From positions 53,383,433-53,444,130 of the forward strand of contig NC_068981.1 of NCBI RefSeq assembly GCF_001194135.2: a stretch of DNA of 60,698 bases. Direction: 5' to 3'. Origin of the DNA: Octopus bimaculoides. Taxonomy: Eukaryota. Position 1 is the stretch's first letter; each line of letters begins with the position of its first letter. A program made the translations under genes and the position numbers. The notes under the pieces were generated by a model. The model saw only the letters and a list, made by a program, of their open reading frames with translations. It did not search any database and was not told where the DNA came from. Below are positions 35,970 through 47,199 of the stretch, piece by piece.

Positions 35970-36708
35970 CTATGCGTGTAGGCATCTCGATAGTCTTTCA
36001 GAAATTCTATTAAGTATCTTTTCATTAGCCCACAGAATAGACAGGGATTCCTCGGAGCAGAGACGACATCCCCTGGAAATTGCACTGTATGGTTTTGCAT
36101 GTCTAACTATGGCCCAGGTAATGTAGTATTTCGTATCAGTCTCTTTCAGTCGCCATATAAAATCTGCCAAAGATGTCGAATGTCTCTTATTGATTGATCT
36201 AAAGCTGGCAACATGATTACGATAACGATTCTTAAATGAATCAGCCGTTTGCCCAATGTAAACATAGGGCCCTCCTCTTGTGTGTACGGTACATTTATAT
36301 ACAAGATTTATACTCATACAGAGATTCATCAAAGGGCATTTTGATTTATCCCTGCATGAGCATTTATCGTTTTTATTTGTACATAAAGCAGTCCTGACTT
36401 CATTTACCGGCGTTGTTATCGTGCTAGCTGTACCATAAGTATTTCTACTACTACAAATTGGTCAAAGTTGATGATTATCAATGCTGTTTACATCTCCTTG
36501 GTTGGCATTTAGATGTAAATGCTTGCTATATCCAGTAGGTGAGTTATTGAACTTTTGTCGTATTTTGCTATTGTTTATGCGATGCACAAGCTGCTCCAAA
36601 TTAGCAGAGTTAGCGTAGGATACCTTCACGGTATGCCGATTAAAAATAGCATGGTACCGATTAGATTTAGGAAAACACTTGTCCAAAGCAGCCAAAAATA
36701 TTCCAGCG
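35970..36708 (-). mobile_element. Second Penelope-like element: RT-thumb/linker, CxC motif and C-terminal GIY-YIG endonuclease (Hydra-clade-like)
   Basis: FLAALDKCFPKSNRYHAIFNRHTVKVSY; CSCRDKSKCPLMNLC; VYK..YVYIGQT..FKNRYRNH..SF..STSLADFIWRLK..ITWAIV..CRLC..LNR..CLH. One frame, single TGA at 36462-36464. Confidence 0.85.
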
Positions 36709-36781
36709 ATATACATATATGCATATATACATATATGTACATACATATATATGTATATGTTTATGCATATATGGGTACAGG

Positions 36782-37455
36782 ACGTCACAAAACGTAAACA
36801 ACATGAAATACGTAGACAAACTTGGGTGCGCGAATAACGAGAGAAACAAACGGAAAACAAGACAAGTAACATAAGAAACGACCCTTCGTCAGTTGTCGGC
36901 TGTCCATCTACTCCTCATTTCGAGCAATTAACGGCAATATGTAGCTTCGAAAGGCAGTTGCTTCCGCGAACCAAAATAAATTTGGGATTTGCGGAGGGAT
37001 AAAGTTGGTCACAAAACAGGACAGTGGAGACATACAACAAACCAAACGAAAACAAACATGGAGGGCCGTTAGGCCAGACGAGGTAAAGTAGCGAACGCTA
37101 GGGGAATATTGTCTTTGACAAGAGAAAAGATAGAAGCGGAGACAGATAAGAATGCGTCTTGTCTGTAAGACAGATTGAAAAAAAGAAAGATGATCACGCT
37201 TGGAAAAGAAAGATGGACGATGGTCACGTGTGAGCAACAAGAGAGAGAGAGAGAGATAGAGAGTAAAGGAGAAAGGTGCAACTGCCTTTCGAAGCCTCAT
37301 ATTATCGTTAATTGCTCGAAATGAGTAGATGGACAGCCGACTACTGATGAAGGGTCGTTCTTTATGTTACTTGTCTTGTTTTTGCATTTGTTTCTCTTGT
37401 TGTTCGCATGCCCAAGTTTGTTTTCGTATTTCATGTTGTTTAAGTTTTGTGACGT
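36782..37455. repeat. Inverted repeat (~180-bp arms 36782-36961 and 37278-37455), probable PLE pseudo-LTR pair
   Basis: Arms are reverse complements with scattered mismatches; flanked by TA/CA microsatellites and adjacent to PLE coding remnants. Confidence 0.85.
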
Positions 37456-37617
37456 GCTCTTCCAATATATGCGTATATATACACATATATATATATGTAT
37501 GTATGTACATTTATGTATGTATATGTGCATATATATATATATGTGTGTGTGTGTATGTATATATATATACACCCCCACACGCATACATACATGCATACAT
37601 ACATACATACATATATA

Positions 37618-37730
37618 GGCGCAGTAGTGGCTGTGTAGTAAGAAGCTTGCTTGTTCAGTCCTACTATAGCCTCAGGCCGACCAAAGCCTTGTGAATGGAT
37701 TTGGTAGACGGAAACTGAACAAAGCTTGTC

Positions 37731-37803
<73 letters not shown>

Positions 37804-38030
37804 AGTGTGTGTGTGCTTTTGTGTCTGTGTTTGTCCCCCCACCATCACTTGACATCCGATGCTGGTGTGTTTACGTCCCTGTAGCTTCCGGCTCGGCAAA
37901 AGAGACCGATAGAATAAGTACTAGGCTTACAAAGAGTAAGTCCTGGGGTCGATTTGTTCGACTAAAGGCAGTGCTCCAGCATGGCTGCAGTCAAATGCCT
38001 GAAACAAGTAAAAGGAGAATAAAAGAATGA
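37618..38030 (+). mobile_element. tRNA-derived SINE with internal (TA)n, head partly deleted
   Basis: ggcgcagtagtggctgtgtagtaag A-box, gttcagtcc B-box-like, tail gactgaaacaagtaaaag-like. Confidence 0.88.
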
Positions 38031-38227
38031 CTCGTGGGAAGATTTCAAAATATTCAGTTATGGTGTTTGCAAAGATGTTCAGGACTTTATGGAAAGAAAA
38101 TATTACGACTGGTTTGATGAAAATAATGAAATTCAGACACTATTAAATGTAAAAAAAATATAGCGCTTACGAAAGTTCTTTGAAGGGAACCAGAAATGCA
38201 TTAAAAAATGCATGCTATTATTATTAA

Positions 38228-38400
38228 GGCGGCGATCTGGCAAAGTCATTACCACGCTGGGTGAAATACTCGGCGGTATTTCGTCCGTTTTTACGTTCTG
38301 AGTTCAAATACCGCCGAAGTCGACTTGGGCTTTCATATTTTCTGAGTCGAGGAAATAAGTATCAGCTGGGTACTGGAGTCGATATAATCCCCACAAAAGT
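38228..38400 (+). mobile_element. tRNA-derived SINE (same family as 30055)
   Basis: ggcggcgatctggca...ctgagttcaaataccgccgaagtcgact. Confidence 0.8.
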
Positions 38401-38887
38401 CTCAAAAAATATACTTAGCATGGATTTTTAGCCTACACACAACCACGCGCACATAATGTACTTCATTCAGAGTTATTCTTCATACCTGCTACGAATCAGG
38501 TTCCTTTGCGCGCACTCCTTTTTAACGTTACCTTTTACGACCGCATTTTATTAGTTGTGATTTTGTTGCATTTTCATGCTTCTATAGTCACACTTTGTTA
38601 TCGTCTTCTACTTACATGCTACAGGGTTTTATTATCGTGTTTTCGTTGCATCTTTGTGATTTTATAGTCGCTATTTTTTTTCAAAGTTCCTGATGTTTTA
38701 GATATTGTGGTAATTATTATCTATTTATTGGTTTATGGCGAAAATGAATTATGTCAATTATTAGCACACAAAACTACATCATTACACCAAATATTAAATC
38801 AATTGGAACAGAAATTGCAGAAATTGAAAAGTGGCAGCCAAACAGAAAAGATTCTTTGTGAGCCTATGTCAATAACTATTAATGACT

Positions 38888-39279
38888 TGTAGTTTCGATC
38901 TCGTTGTTTGTTTACATCTGACGTCTCGAATACGAAACGTCGTAACAGAATCAGCGCTGGCTATAATTTCCATAGAAAATCTGGAGATATGACTTTGTAG
39001 TAACGCCTTGTCTCATGCGCATGCGTGGAGTTCAACATCTAAAACGTTCCCGCTCTTTTCATTCTCTTTCTCGGCCGGCCGACCATGAGCTCAGACGTGT
39101 CAAGCAGTCTCTCCAACATTCCAACTCTGGAGACAGCTCGGCGTCTCAGCAACCAAGGGCGAAGTGCTGCCTATTTCCTCTGTAAATAAATATTGTTGTG
39201 TTGATGGTTCAGAATCTGCGTTCCGTTGTTTCTTCAGAATTTAATGTACGGAAGCGGGTATACACCTAATGGTGTAACA
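38888..39279 (+). other. CpG-rich island: candidate solo LTR or promoter
   Basis: TGT...ACA ends, AATAAA at 39185-39190, TGCGCATGCG at 39016-39025; no clean TSD. Confidence 0.3.
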
Positions 39280-40923
39280 CCACTTTCCTACAACTTTAAT
39301 ACGTGATATGTCGATGACATTTTTGAGAATGAAGTTGTAACTAAAGGACAAGGAGCAATAAAAAGCTTCCTGTTAGTTACTGATGTTCTAACTGAATGTG
39401 GTTTAATGCAGAAACATTTTGCAACTCTTGTGGTTGCTGTTCATATAATGTAAAGACTTATTTCATTTTATAACTTTATTCGTTTTTCAAATATTGCCAG
39501 TTTTGTTTTCATTGAGCAAGGATATTTTATTACACTACATGGAGTGCGCAAATCAATGCCAAGGAAGTCAAATGGATGCCTGCAAAGGAAAGAAAACAGG
39601 ACAAGAATAAAATAATTCAAAACATGCTGAGCCAACGCTGAAAAAGAAGGAAAAAAGATGATTAGCAGAGTTCATCAAAAGACTCTGCGGATCTGTGTTC
39701 AACCGATAAAGCTAATTCTTTTGATGCCAGGTAACATGCATCCTACAGGAGATCAGAGAGCAGATATGACAGAATTAGAAGCAGAAAAGGATGTTCAAAT
39801 TAACCCTTGCCATGATACTATAAAGGAAGGGTGGAAGCTAAGCCCCAAAATACATACCTAGGAGACATCCGAAAAGGACATACATTACTTTTGCAAAATG
39901 GAAAACATTGGCATCAAGACTGAGGCTACACACAATAACTGAAGCCAAAACTATTGTATTGATGGAAATCGAAAAGAATATATTTGATATTCTACAAAGC
40001 AGAATCTAGCTTTCCTTAGCTACAACGAATATCAATTTTCACTGACCAAAGAAAGATTACAACATTTCAACCACCTCAGGTTGAAATGTTGAAATGCTGA
40101 AAAAGCACCCAAAGAGATTAGAGCGCAATACAATGTAAACTACGTTATCGATCTTTTATCTTGTACCAAAATCTCAGAAAGAAGTTCCCTAGAAAATTAT
40201 GTAAAGCGCAAGTTTATCAGAGACATAAAGTCTGAGAAGTCCTTTAGCGTCATGATCAACTGAAATGTGTAGATATGTTGGAAAAAAAAAAGTTGAAGTG
40301 AAAGATGTATTTAAAAATTTTTCCCTTCAAAGAAAATAAAAAAAAAGCAACTGATCTCAGTTATGACATTTTAAAGATATGCGAAGGGTTAGCATGAGTA
40401 TTTTGATGTGCTGCGCTGAAGGTTACGTTAACGCTGCCAGTTGGGATCAATGAAGGAGTGCAGTCATTCTCAATAGAAAGAACAAGAAACCATATTTTTA
40501 GTGGATGTGCAGTCCGGTTAGCGCTGTTTTATTGAAAATACATCGTATGGAACATTTCCACTTTAGGACTCTTGAGGCAATACATTTACCTTACTGCTTC
40601 AACCAATTGATAGCATGTGTAATGGGCTACATTAGAGCACCAGTCAAAAGATAATTAACAACGTACTGGAGTGGTCATCAGGATGTAGTTAAGACACTTA
40701 AAGAAAGTTCGATGAGACTGTGGCGACGATTAAACCTTTTCTGATCCAGATGAAAATTAACACGCAAGAGGAGTAACAAGATTTTTTTACATGCTGTTTT
40801 AGCGCGTCCTTTCGGGGGACGACTAAAATATGTTATATACTTAATTCGTTAGCAACGAATAACTACGACGACACAGAGTGCACAATGTCTTCAACAAAAG
40901 AAAATGTACAGTGAAAATGTACA

Positions 40924-41029
40924 CATACAAATGGAAGTTCAATTCAAACGTATTCATACAAGTGGAAACTTAATTCAAACAAACGTGTTTATGCAAGTAG
41001 AAATTCAATTCAAACAAACGTATTCATAC
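40924..41029. repeat. Degenerate ~31-36-bp tandem repeat x3
   Basis: Recurring caagtggaaattcaattcaaac(aaac)gtatt. Confidence 0.75.
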
Positions 41030-42119
41030 TAAGGACAATTGGTTGCAATTCACTTAAGAATTTGTTGAGTGCGTCTTGCCAGACTTCAGGTCAACATAAC
41101 AAATTGACACTAGAATAGGTCAAAGGAAAGTTCTTATCTAACGACCGCTTGTATTGTCTGCCACCGGTGCGTAATGTAAGAACAAGAGAGAGTTTCAAGT
41201 CCCAACGAAATTAGTTTAGCTAGTTTCAGCTACCATACTGGACTTGCAAACGTTGATCAGCCAAAAGAGAAATGTTCCGCGTGAGTCGACATGTATATCT
41301 GTACAGAGCAAAAACGCGACTAACTTGGTTCTGGAGACGACAGTCTTTATGGCTACGCCGTTCAGCGCCGCCTAGCTGCTAACTATGCGCAAGAGGAGAT
41401 AACTCGGGATTATACCCCTTTTTAAGGTAAATTAACCTTATCACATTAATAACGTCACCGGTGTTCACACGCCTACACTCTTGTTAATTTTCCTCCACTG
41501 TTCTACCTGTCCTTTTATTTCATTGTTCCGCCGGTGATGTACTTCTGTACGTTAATCTTATACAGCAATCTTCAGACTAAAGGCTTAGCTCTTGGCAAAG
41601 TGGTGACAAAGCGAAAGGCGTAGAGTCTTTCTCTACATGAGGAGCGCATTTACCCAGTGGAGTATACAAATAAACAGGTGCTTTTAAAATCGCATGAATA
41701 TGAAATTGCAATAGAGGGAAGAGTCAAGTTCAAGAGAAGGATGGTAGGGGAGCAAGCAAGTAATGTTGAATGTATTCCGCAAGAAGATAATTAGAAGACG
41801 ACGTTTGAGAGCATTAATGGCTTCCTTATCATTGGCACCGATTTATAATTACATTACATTTATTATCATGAAAATTCAACTTGTTTCAAATTTAGTGCGA
41901 ATATTTCATTTTTATTATTATTATTGATCGTTTATAGGAATCAATTATTTGTTAACAAATTTCATTCAAAGAAAATTGATGCAATTAATTACTTTACAAA
42001 GTCAAGTTGGTGATTATTTTGACTGTAAAGTTAAAGAATTTGATATTTAGACCTGTAGTGAGAATATTCAGCAAAAACCGATGTCGCGATTCGCTGGAAT
42101 GTTGCACAGCATGATCAGC

Positions 42120-42330
42120 TAATTTGACCAATCACGATTTCGCCTGGAAAGAATATTACTCACGTGACCAACAAATCTAGCCAATCACTTCACGTGGAAT
42201 AGGCTCCAGTGACCAAATCAGTTTTTGGCATCTTCCTTTCTGAACCTTTCTGAACCTTTCTATCGGTATAAAATGAAACACACACGCGACTGAGACCCAG
42301 AGAGTTTTGAGATGCAGCAGACGACATGGC
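42120..42330 (+). promoter_or_regulatory. Candidate RNA Pol II promoter
   Basis: CCAATCA at 42128 and 42181, TCACGTGAC at 42160, CACGTG at 42191, TATAAAA at 42267, gacATGGCG at 42326. Motif clustering only. Confidence 0.35.
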
Positions 42331-43399
42331 GAAAAGACACGGGCAGCGGCTGAAACTAGCTATTTTCATTATAACGAACTCTCGGTAGTAATACAATGAC
42401 TAACAGTAACTTTTCGGATACTATTACAATAACATCTAAACTCCCAACATTTGTTGTAATGCTATTTCAATTATACCTATTTTAATAGCATCCAAACTCT
42501 CTCAATAAGAAATAAAGTTTGTTCGTAAAAATTTCAACAAGTTCCGTCGTTTTCTTCTATGTACAACTGTTGAAACAGCTAGCACTCAATAGCCAATAGT
42601 ATGTTTGCAACATCAACAGTCACATATAACTTCTAGCAGTTAGCAAATCAGCTCCAATACAAGTGATAATCGACATCCACCAATCACAAATCCATATTAT
42701 TTGGGCAAAGCCGTGAAAACTGGTTATCAATTAAGCTATTCATGGATGTTATATATAGATAAAAAAAATAATGTATAAAATACTAAAATAATCCATTAAT
42801 GCATTTTAAGTAGCAATATCGTTTAAAATCAACAAAATTTTGATGTAGTTCTTAAACATTTTTATTTCCAATTCTGGTTTTCTTATCAAATTTCATTTTA
42901 CCCACATGAAACTATGCAAATGGAAACACAATTAGATGTGCAGATAATGTTACTGGTTGATTGACTCACTGTTATTACCATTACATCCAGTGATATACAA
43001 GTGGTAACAATATCATAAGTTTACTGTAGTGGATGACGCCTAGTGACGCAACTGTTGATATCATATAGAAGTGACTTGCGTAATTGTTTATTATTTTCTT
43101 TTTCTAGTTTATGATTGTTAACAATTGAAAATAAGGTCATCACAAATCTTAATTTTGTGTCTTTGCTCAGTTCAGAAACGGTCGAAGGAATTTCTTTATC
43201 TTTTGGTAAAATGAGGTTAATGAAACCGGTTTTGTTGGTTGGTAAATTCCCATGTTATTTATTGTTGTATAAACATACTTGCTATTAAAATTATTTTCAA
43301 AATGCTGATTCATTTTTGAATTCAATACAAACAAAATATGATCTCAATTGAAGTGGCCTAAATGAAACTGAACCTCATTGTGTATTGTGAAAAGTTGAG

Positions 43400-44032
43400 C
43401 AATTTCAAGTCTGTAACATGAAAGATTTCAATAACATTCCTCCACCTCCATATATTCTGTTCACTAAGGTTGAATGATTTGTCAATAAATAAGCGATATC
43501 CTGCTGGGCTCCGAGTTCAAAAATCCCCGAGGTTCGATTTTGCCAAACATCAATAATGCACTGCATTGATTCAATAGCTATACTCGTTTCTTTCAACAAC
43601 TGGCATGATATCAACATAAATGAGTTAAATAAAAACTTGAAATTTCGATAGTGAAGACGTTTTATCAAAATAACTGATATACAGGGATTCTCTGTGTCAG
43701 AAGAGCAATAAGTTTCTAAAAGCTTGTCGTCACTTGAATTCATGTAACATTGTTTATGGGACACTGGCAACTCAACCACATCATCCTATATAACTTCTTT
43801 AAACCCTATATCATTTGTAAGTGTCGCATAGACTTTCTGCTTGTGAAAAAACTGTAAAATCTCGGATATAGTTTGGCATATATTTTTCCAAACATTTTTC
43901 AAATTTGAGGGTTTCACATCATCCCATGATTCAACTAGTTTATCCATTATGCTGAACTTGTTCCAGACGTCTCTAAAAGTTCTTACACACTGTGCCTTGA
44001 AATTAGCTATCACACATTGATCTATTGGCTAG
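43400..44032 (-). mobile_element. pogo/Tigger-like (Tc1-mariner superfamily, DDE_1) transposase relic
   Basis: QPIDQCVIANFKA...WNKFSIMD..ESWDDVKPSNLKNVWKNI...IGFKEV matches the Tigger QPMDQGVIANFKA...AWDEVKP..L..VWKKL pattern. Confidence 0.75.
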
Positions 44033-44126
44033 AGAAAAGAAGCTATATTCTTGGGGATATATTCTACTCTCACATTCTGTGAAAGCTCATTTAAATATAT
44101 TGGGTGGTTTGGTGTATTGTCTAAAA

Positions 44127-44186
44127 CAGTGGTCCCCAACCTGTGGTCCGCGGGCCTCTGGTGAACTAAATTCAAAATTTCATATA
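44127..44186 (+). mobile_element. hAT-Charlie-like element end (remainder probably in the N gap)
   Basis: CAGTGGTCCCCAACC terminus preceded by GTCTAAAA, fitting the Charlie nTCTAnAn target preference. Confidence 0.55.
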
Positions 44187-45300
44187 NNNNNNNNNNNNNN
44201 NNNNNNNNNNNNNNNNNNNNNNNNNNNNNNNNNNNNNNNNNNNNNNNNNNNNNNNNNNNNNNNNNNNNNNNNNNNNNNNNNNNNNNNNNNNNNNNNNNNN
44301 NNNNNNNNNNNNNNNNNNNNNNNNNNNNNNNNNNNNNNNNNNNNNNNNNNNNNNNNNNNNNNNNNNNNNNNNNNNNNNNNNNNNNNNNNNNNNNNNNNNN
44401 NNNNNNNNNNNNNNNNNNNNNNNNNNNNNNNNNNNNNNNNNNNNNNNNNNNNNNNNNNNNNNNNNNNNNNNNNNNNNNNNNNNNNNNNNNNNNNNNNNNN
44501 NNNNAAAAGAAGGTATGCTTTGCTGGAATTATTATGTTTGGCAGTGAACTTTTCTATAGCAAAGAAAAAAAAAATGTTTGTGAAATGTTTGTGAACCATT
44601 CTTTGAAAAGCTTCTTAGTTATCCATGCTTTGCTATTTGAATGCCAAATCAGAGACAAATTTAATTTGGCGTAACCCTTGGAAGGGATACACGAGTAGGG
44701 GTTTCAATTTCATATCACCAGCGTCCTCCCGAAAAAAAAAAAAATAAAAATAAAACGTCAGATGATTCACGGAAGCTTTAAATCATCGTGTTGAATTTTC
44801 TTCTAGAGAAATAAAAGTTCAAGCATGAGCTGCTACGAAAGTGTAATTTCATTATCAGTTTTTAAATTCTTACAATTTATCCAAGTCTCCGTAAGAGCTA
44901 AATTACAGACATTGTTATATTTCGGAATGGTCATTTTCCCCCTTGCCTAATAAACACATACACTATATATTCGTTCTTCGCTCGTTCATTATGGTTCTTA
45001 TTTTATCTTATGTCCATTGTCTGGAAATCTTCCGTCACATACTTTTTACTTCTTTGAACATCAACATCATGTTCCATATATGAAATGTAATGGAGATAGC
45101 TATTAATAGCCCTTTCTTTAATACGTTGACTCTATCTCCCAGTACGGCTTTCCTTAAAGCCAGATCTCAGTAGCAGACTTTCACCCTCGAAAAATTTATT
45201 GAAGATTAGTGTTATTGCCACTCGACATCAATAAAGTATTCGGTCATATATACTACGCATTTCTTTGGGCAAAACTGCCTGCCTTTTGACCCTCAACCAT

Positions 45301-45527
45301 TTCTCTCTCTCCCCCTCTCTCTCTCTCTTCTCTCTCTCTCTCTTCTCTCTCTCTGTCTTCTCTCTCTCTCTGTCTTCTCTCTCTCAGTCTTCTCTCTTTC
45401 TCTCTTCTGTCTCTCTCTCTCTTCTCTCTCTCTCTTCTCTCTCTCTCTTCTCTCTCTCTGTCTTCTCTCTCTCTGTCTTCTCTCTCTCTGTCTTCTCTCT
45501 CTCTGTCTTCTCTCTCTCTGTCTTCTC
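45301..45527. repeat. (CT)n-rich microsatellite running into a gap
   Basis: Direct. Confidence 0.95.
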
Positions 45528-46334
45528 NNNNNNNNNNNNNNNNNNNNNNNNNNNNNNNNNNNNNNNNNNNNNNNNNNNNNNNNNNNNNNNNNNNNNNNNN
45601 NNNNNNNNNNNNNNNNNNNNNNNNNNNNNNNNNNNNNNNNNNNNNNNNNNNNNNNNNNNNNNNNNNNNNNNNNNNNNNNNNNNNNNNNNNNNNNNNNNNN
45701 NNNNNNNNNNNNNNNNNNNNNNNNNNNNNNNNNNNNNNNNNNNNNNNNNNNNNNNNNNNNNNNNNNNNNNNNNNNNNNNNNNNNNNNNNNNNNNNNNNNN
45801 NNNNNNNNNNNNNNNNNNNNNNNNNNNNNNNNNNNNNNNNNNNNNNNNNNNNNNNNNNNNNNNNNNNNNNNNNNNNNNNNNNNNNNNNNNNNNNNNNNNN
45901 NNNNNNNNNNNNNNNNNNNNNNNNNNNNNNNNNNNNNNNNNNNNNNNNNNNNNNNNNNNNNNNNNNNNNNNNNNNNNNNNNNNNNNNNNNNNNNNNNNNN
46001 NNNNNNNNNNNNNNNNNNNNNNNNNNNNNNNNNNNNNNNNNNNNNNNNNNNNNNNNNNNNNNNNNNNNNNNNNNNNNNNNNNNNNNNNNNNNNNNNNNNN
46101 NNNNNNNNNNNNNNNNNNNNNNNNNNNNNNNNNNNNNNNNNNNNNNNNNNNNNNNNNNNNNNNNNNNNNNNNNNNNNNNNNNNNNNNNNNNNNNNNNNNN
46201 NNNNNNNNNNNNNNNNNNNNNNNNNNNNNNNNNNNNNNNNNNNNNNNNNNNNNNNNNNNNNNNNNNNNNNNNNNNNNNNNNNNNNNNNNNNNNNNNNNNN
46301 NNNNNNNNNNAATAAATCAATTATTCGACTACAG

Positions 46335-46395
46335 CCTTCAAGCCAGTGCCTTAGCACGGCCGCAGTCCAATAACTGAAACAAGTAAAAGATAAAA
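46335..46395 (+). mobile_element. SINE 3' tail fragment
   Basis: agcacggccgcagtccaataactgaaacaagtaaaagataaaa, same as the tails at about 37980 and 50980. Confidence 0.65.
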
Positions 46396-47025
46396 TATAT
46401 ATAAAAAATTAAGGTAATTTTTCAATTCCGTTCAGCCGTTGTCAAATCACTCAGGATGAAAGCCACAGCATGCAGTTGCCAGCTTATCTATACTGGTTGT
46501 AGGCCTCATTGTCCACGTTGGCCAATGTTAGTCGAATGAGGTGTACTGTGGAAAGCTGGTTAACCCTGCTCAGCTGGGTGGAATTTGAACCCAGCACAGG
46601 GTAGGAACAGCTAGTATAGAGCATCTCATCAACGCTCTAGCAACCCTTTAATCTACTGCGCAAATTTATTCATTGATTCCCTAAATCATGCTTTTTAATT
46701 GAACTGAATTAAGTTTTGTAAGTGTTTGACTAAAAGAGGATTAGAAGCCCAAGGAGATGACAGCTAAAAGTAGATTTGATAAAATATTGCATAGAATTCG
46801 AGAAGTGTTTTCAACGTTTTTCAATGATGGCGGGTGAATCAAACGTACTGTAGTTTGTTGTAGGATATAAATAATATGATCACTTGCTTATTGGGGAATT
46901 TGTAAGTTCAATTTTTAAATAAATCTTATTAATGTTTTTTTTAAGTATCACCATTATAGGTATTTATACTCCGGTGAAATTGAAAAATCAACTCATAAAT
47001 AAACTAAACCTTCGAATCCATCACT

Positions 47026-47026
<1 letters not shown>

Positions 47027-47119
<93 letters not shown>
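47027..47119. repeat. (CA)n microsatellite, ~46 units
   Basis: Direct. Confidence 0.97.
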
Positions 47120-47124
<5 letters not shown>

Positions 47125-47199
47125 CGCATATCTATGTATGTATTTATGTATTTATGTATCCACACGTGTGTGTGTGTCTCTGTGTGTGTCTGTGTGTCT

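Noticed and set aside
35045-36332. A single intact Penelope element encoding RT plus GIY-YIG
   Set aside because: The RT and the well-preserved GIY-YIG are on opposite strands, and the RT is frameshifted with a broken YxDD.
37315-37370. CTGATGA and GAAA in the PLE inverted arm as a hammerhead
   Set aside because: I could not form stems I-III in any permutation by eye.
37618-37660. tRNA genes at SINE heads (also 4148, 17797, 30055, 38228, 50644)
   Set aside because: Only degenerate A/B boxes, no cloverleaf or acceptor stem, and each continues into SINE body.
39560-41820. A second host gene in the short open frames at 39658-39861 and about 41627-41800
   Set aside because: No recognisable domain and no consistent splice-linked exon chain.
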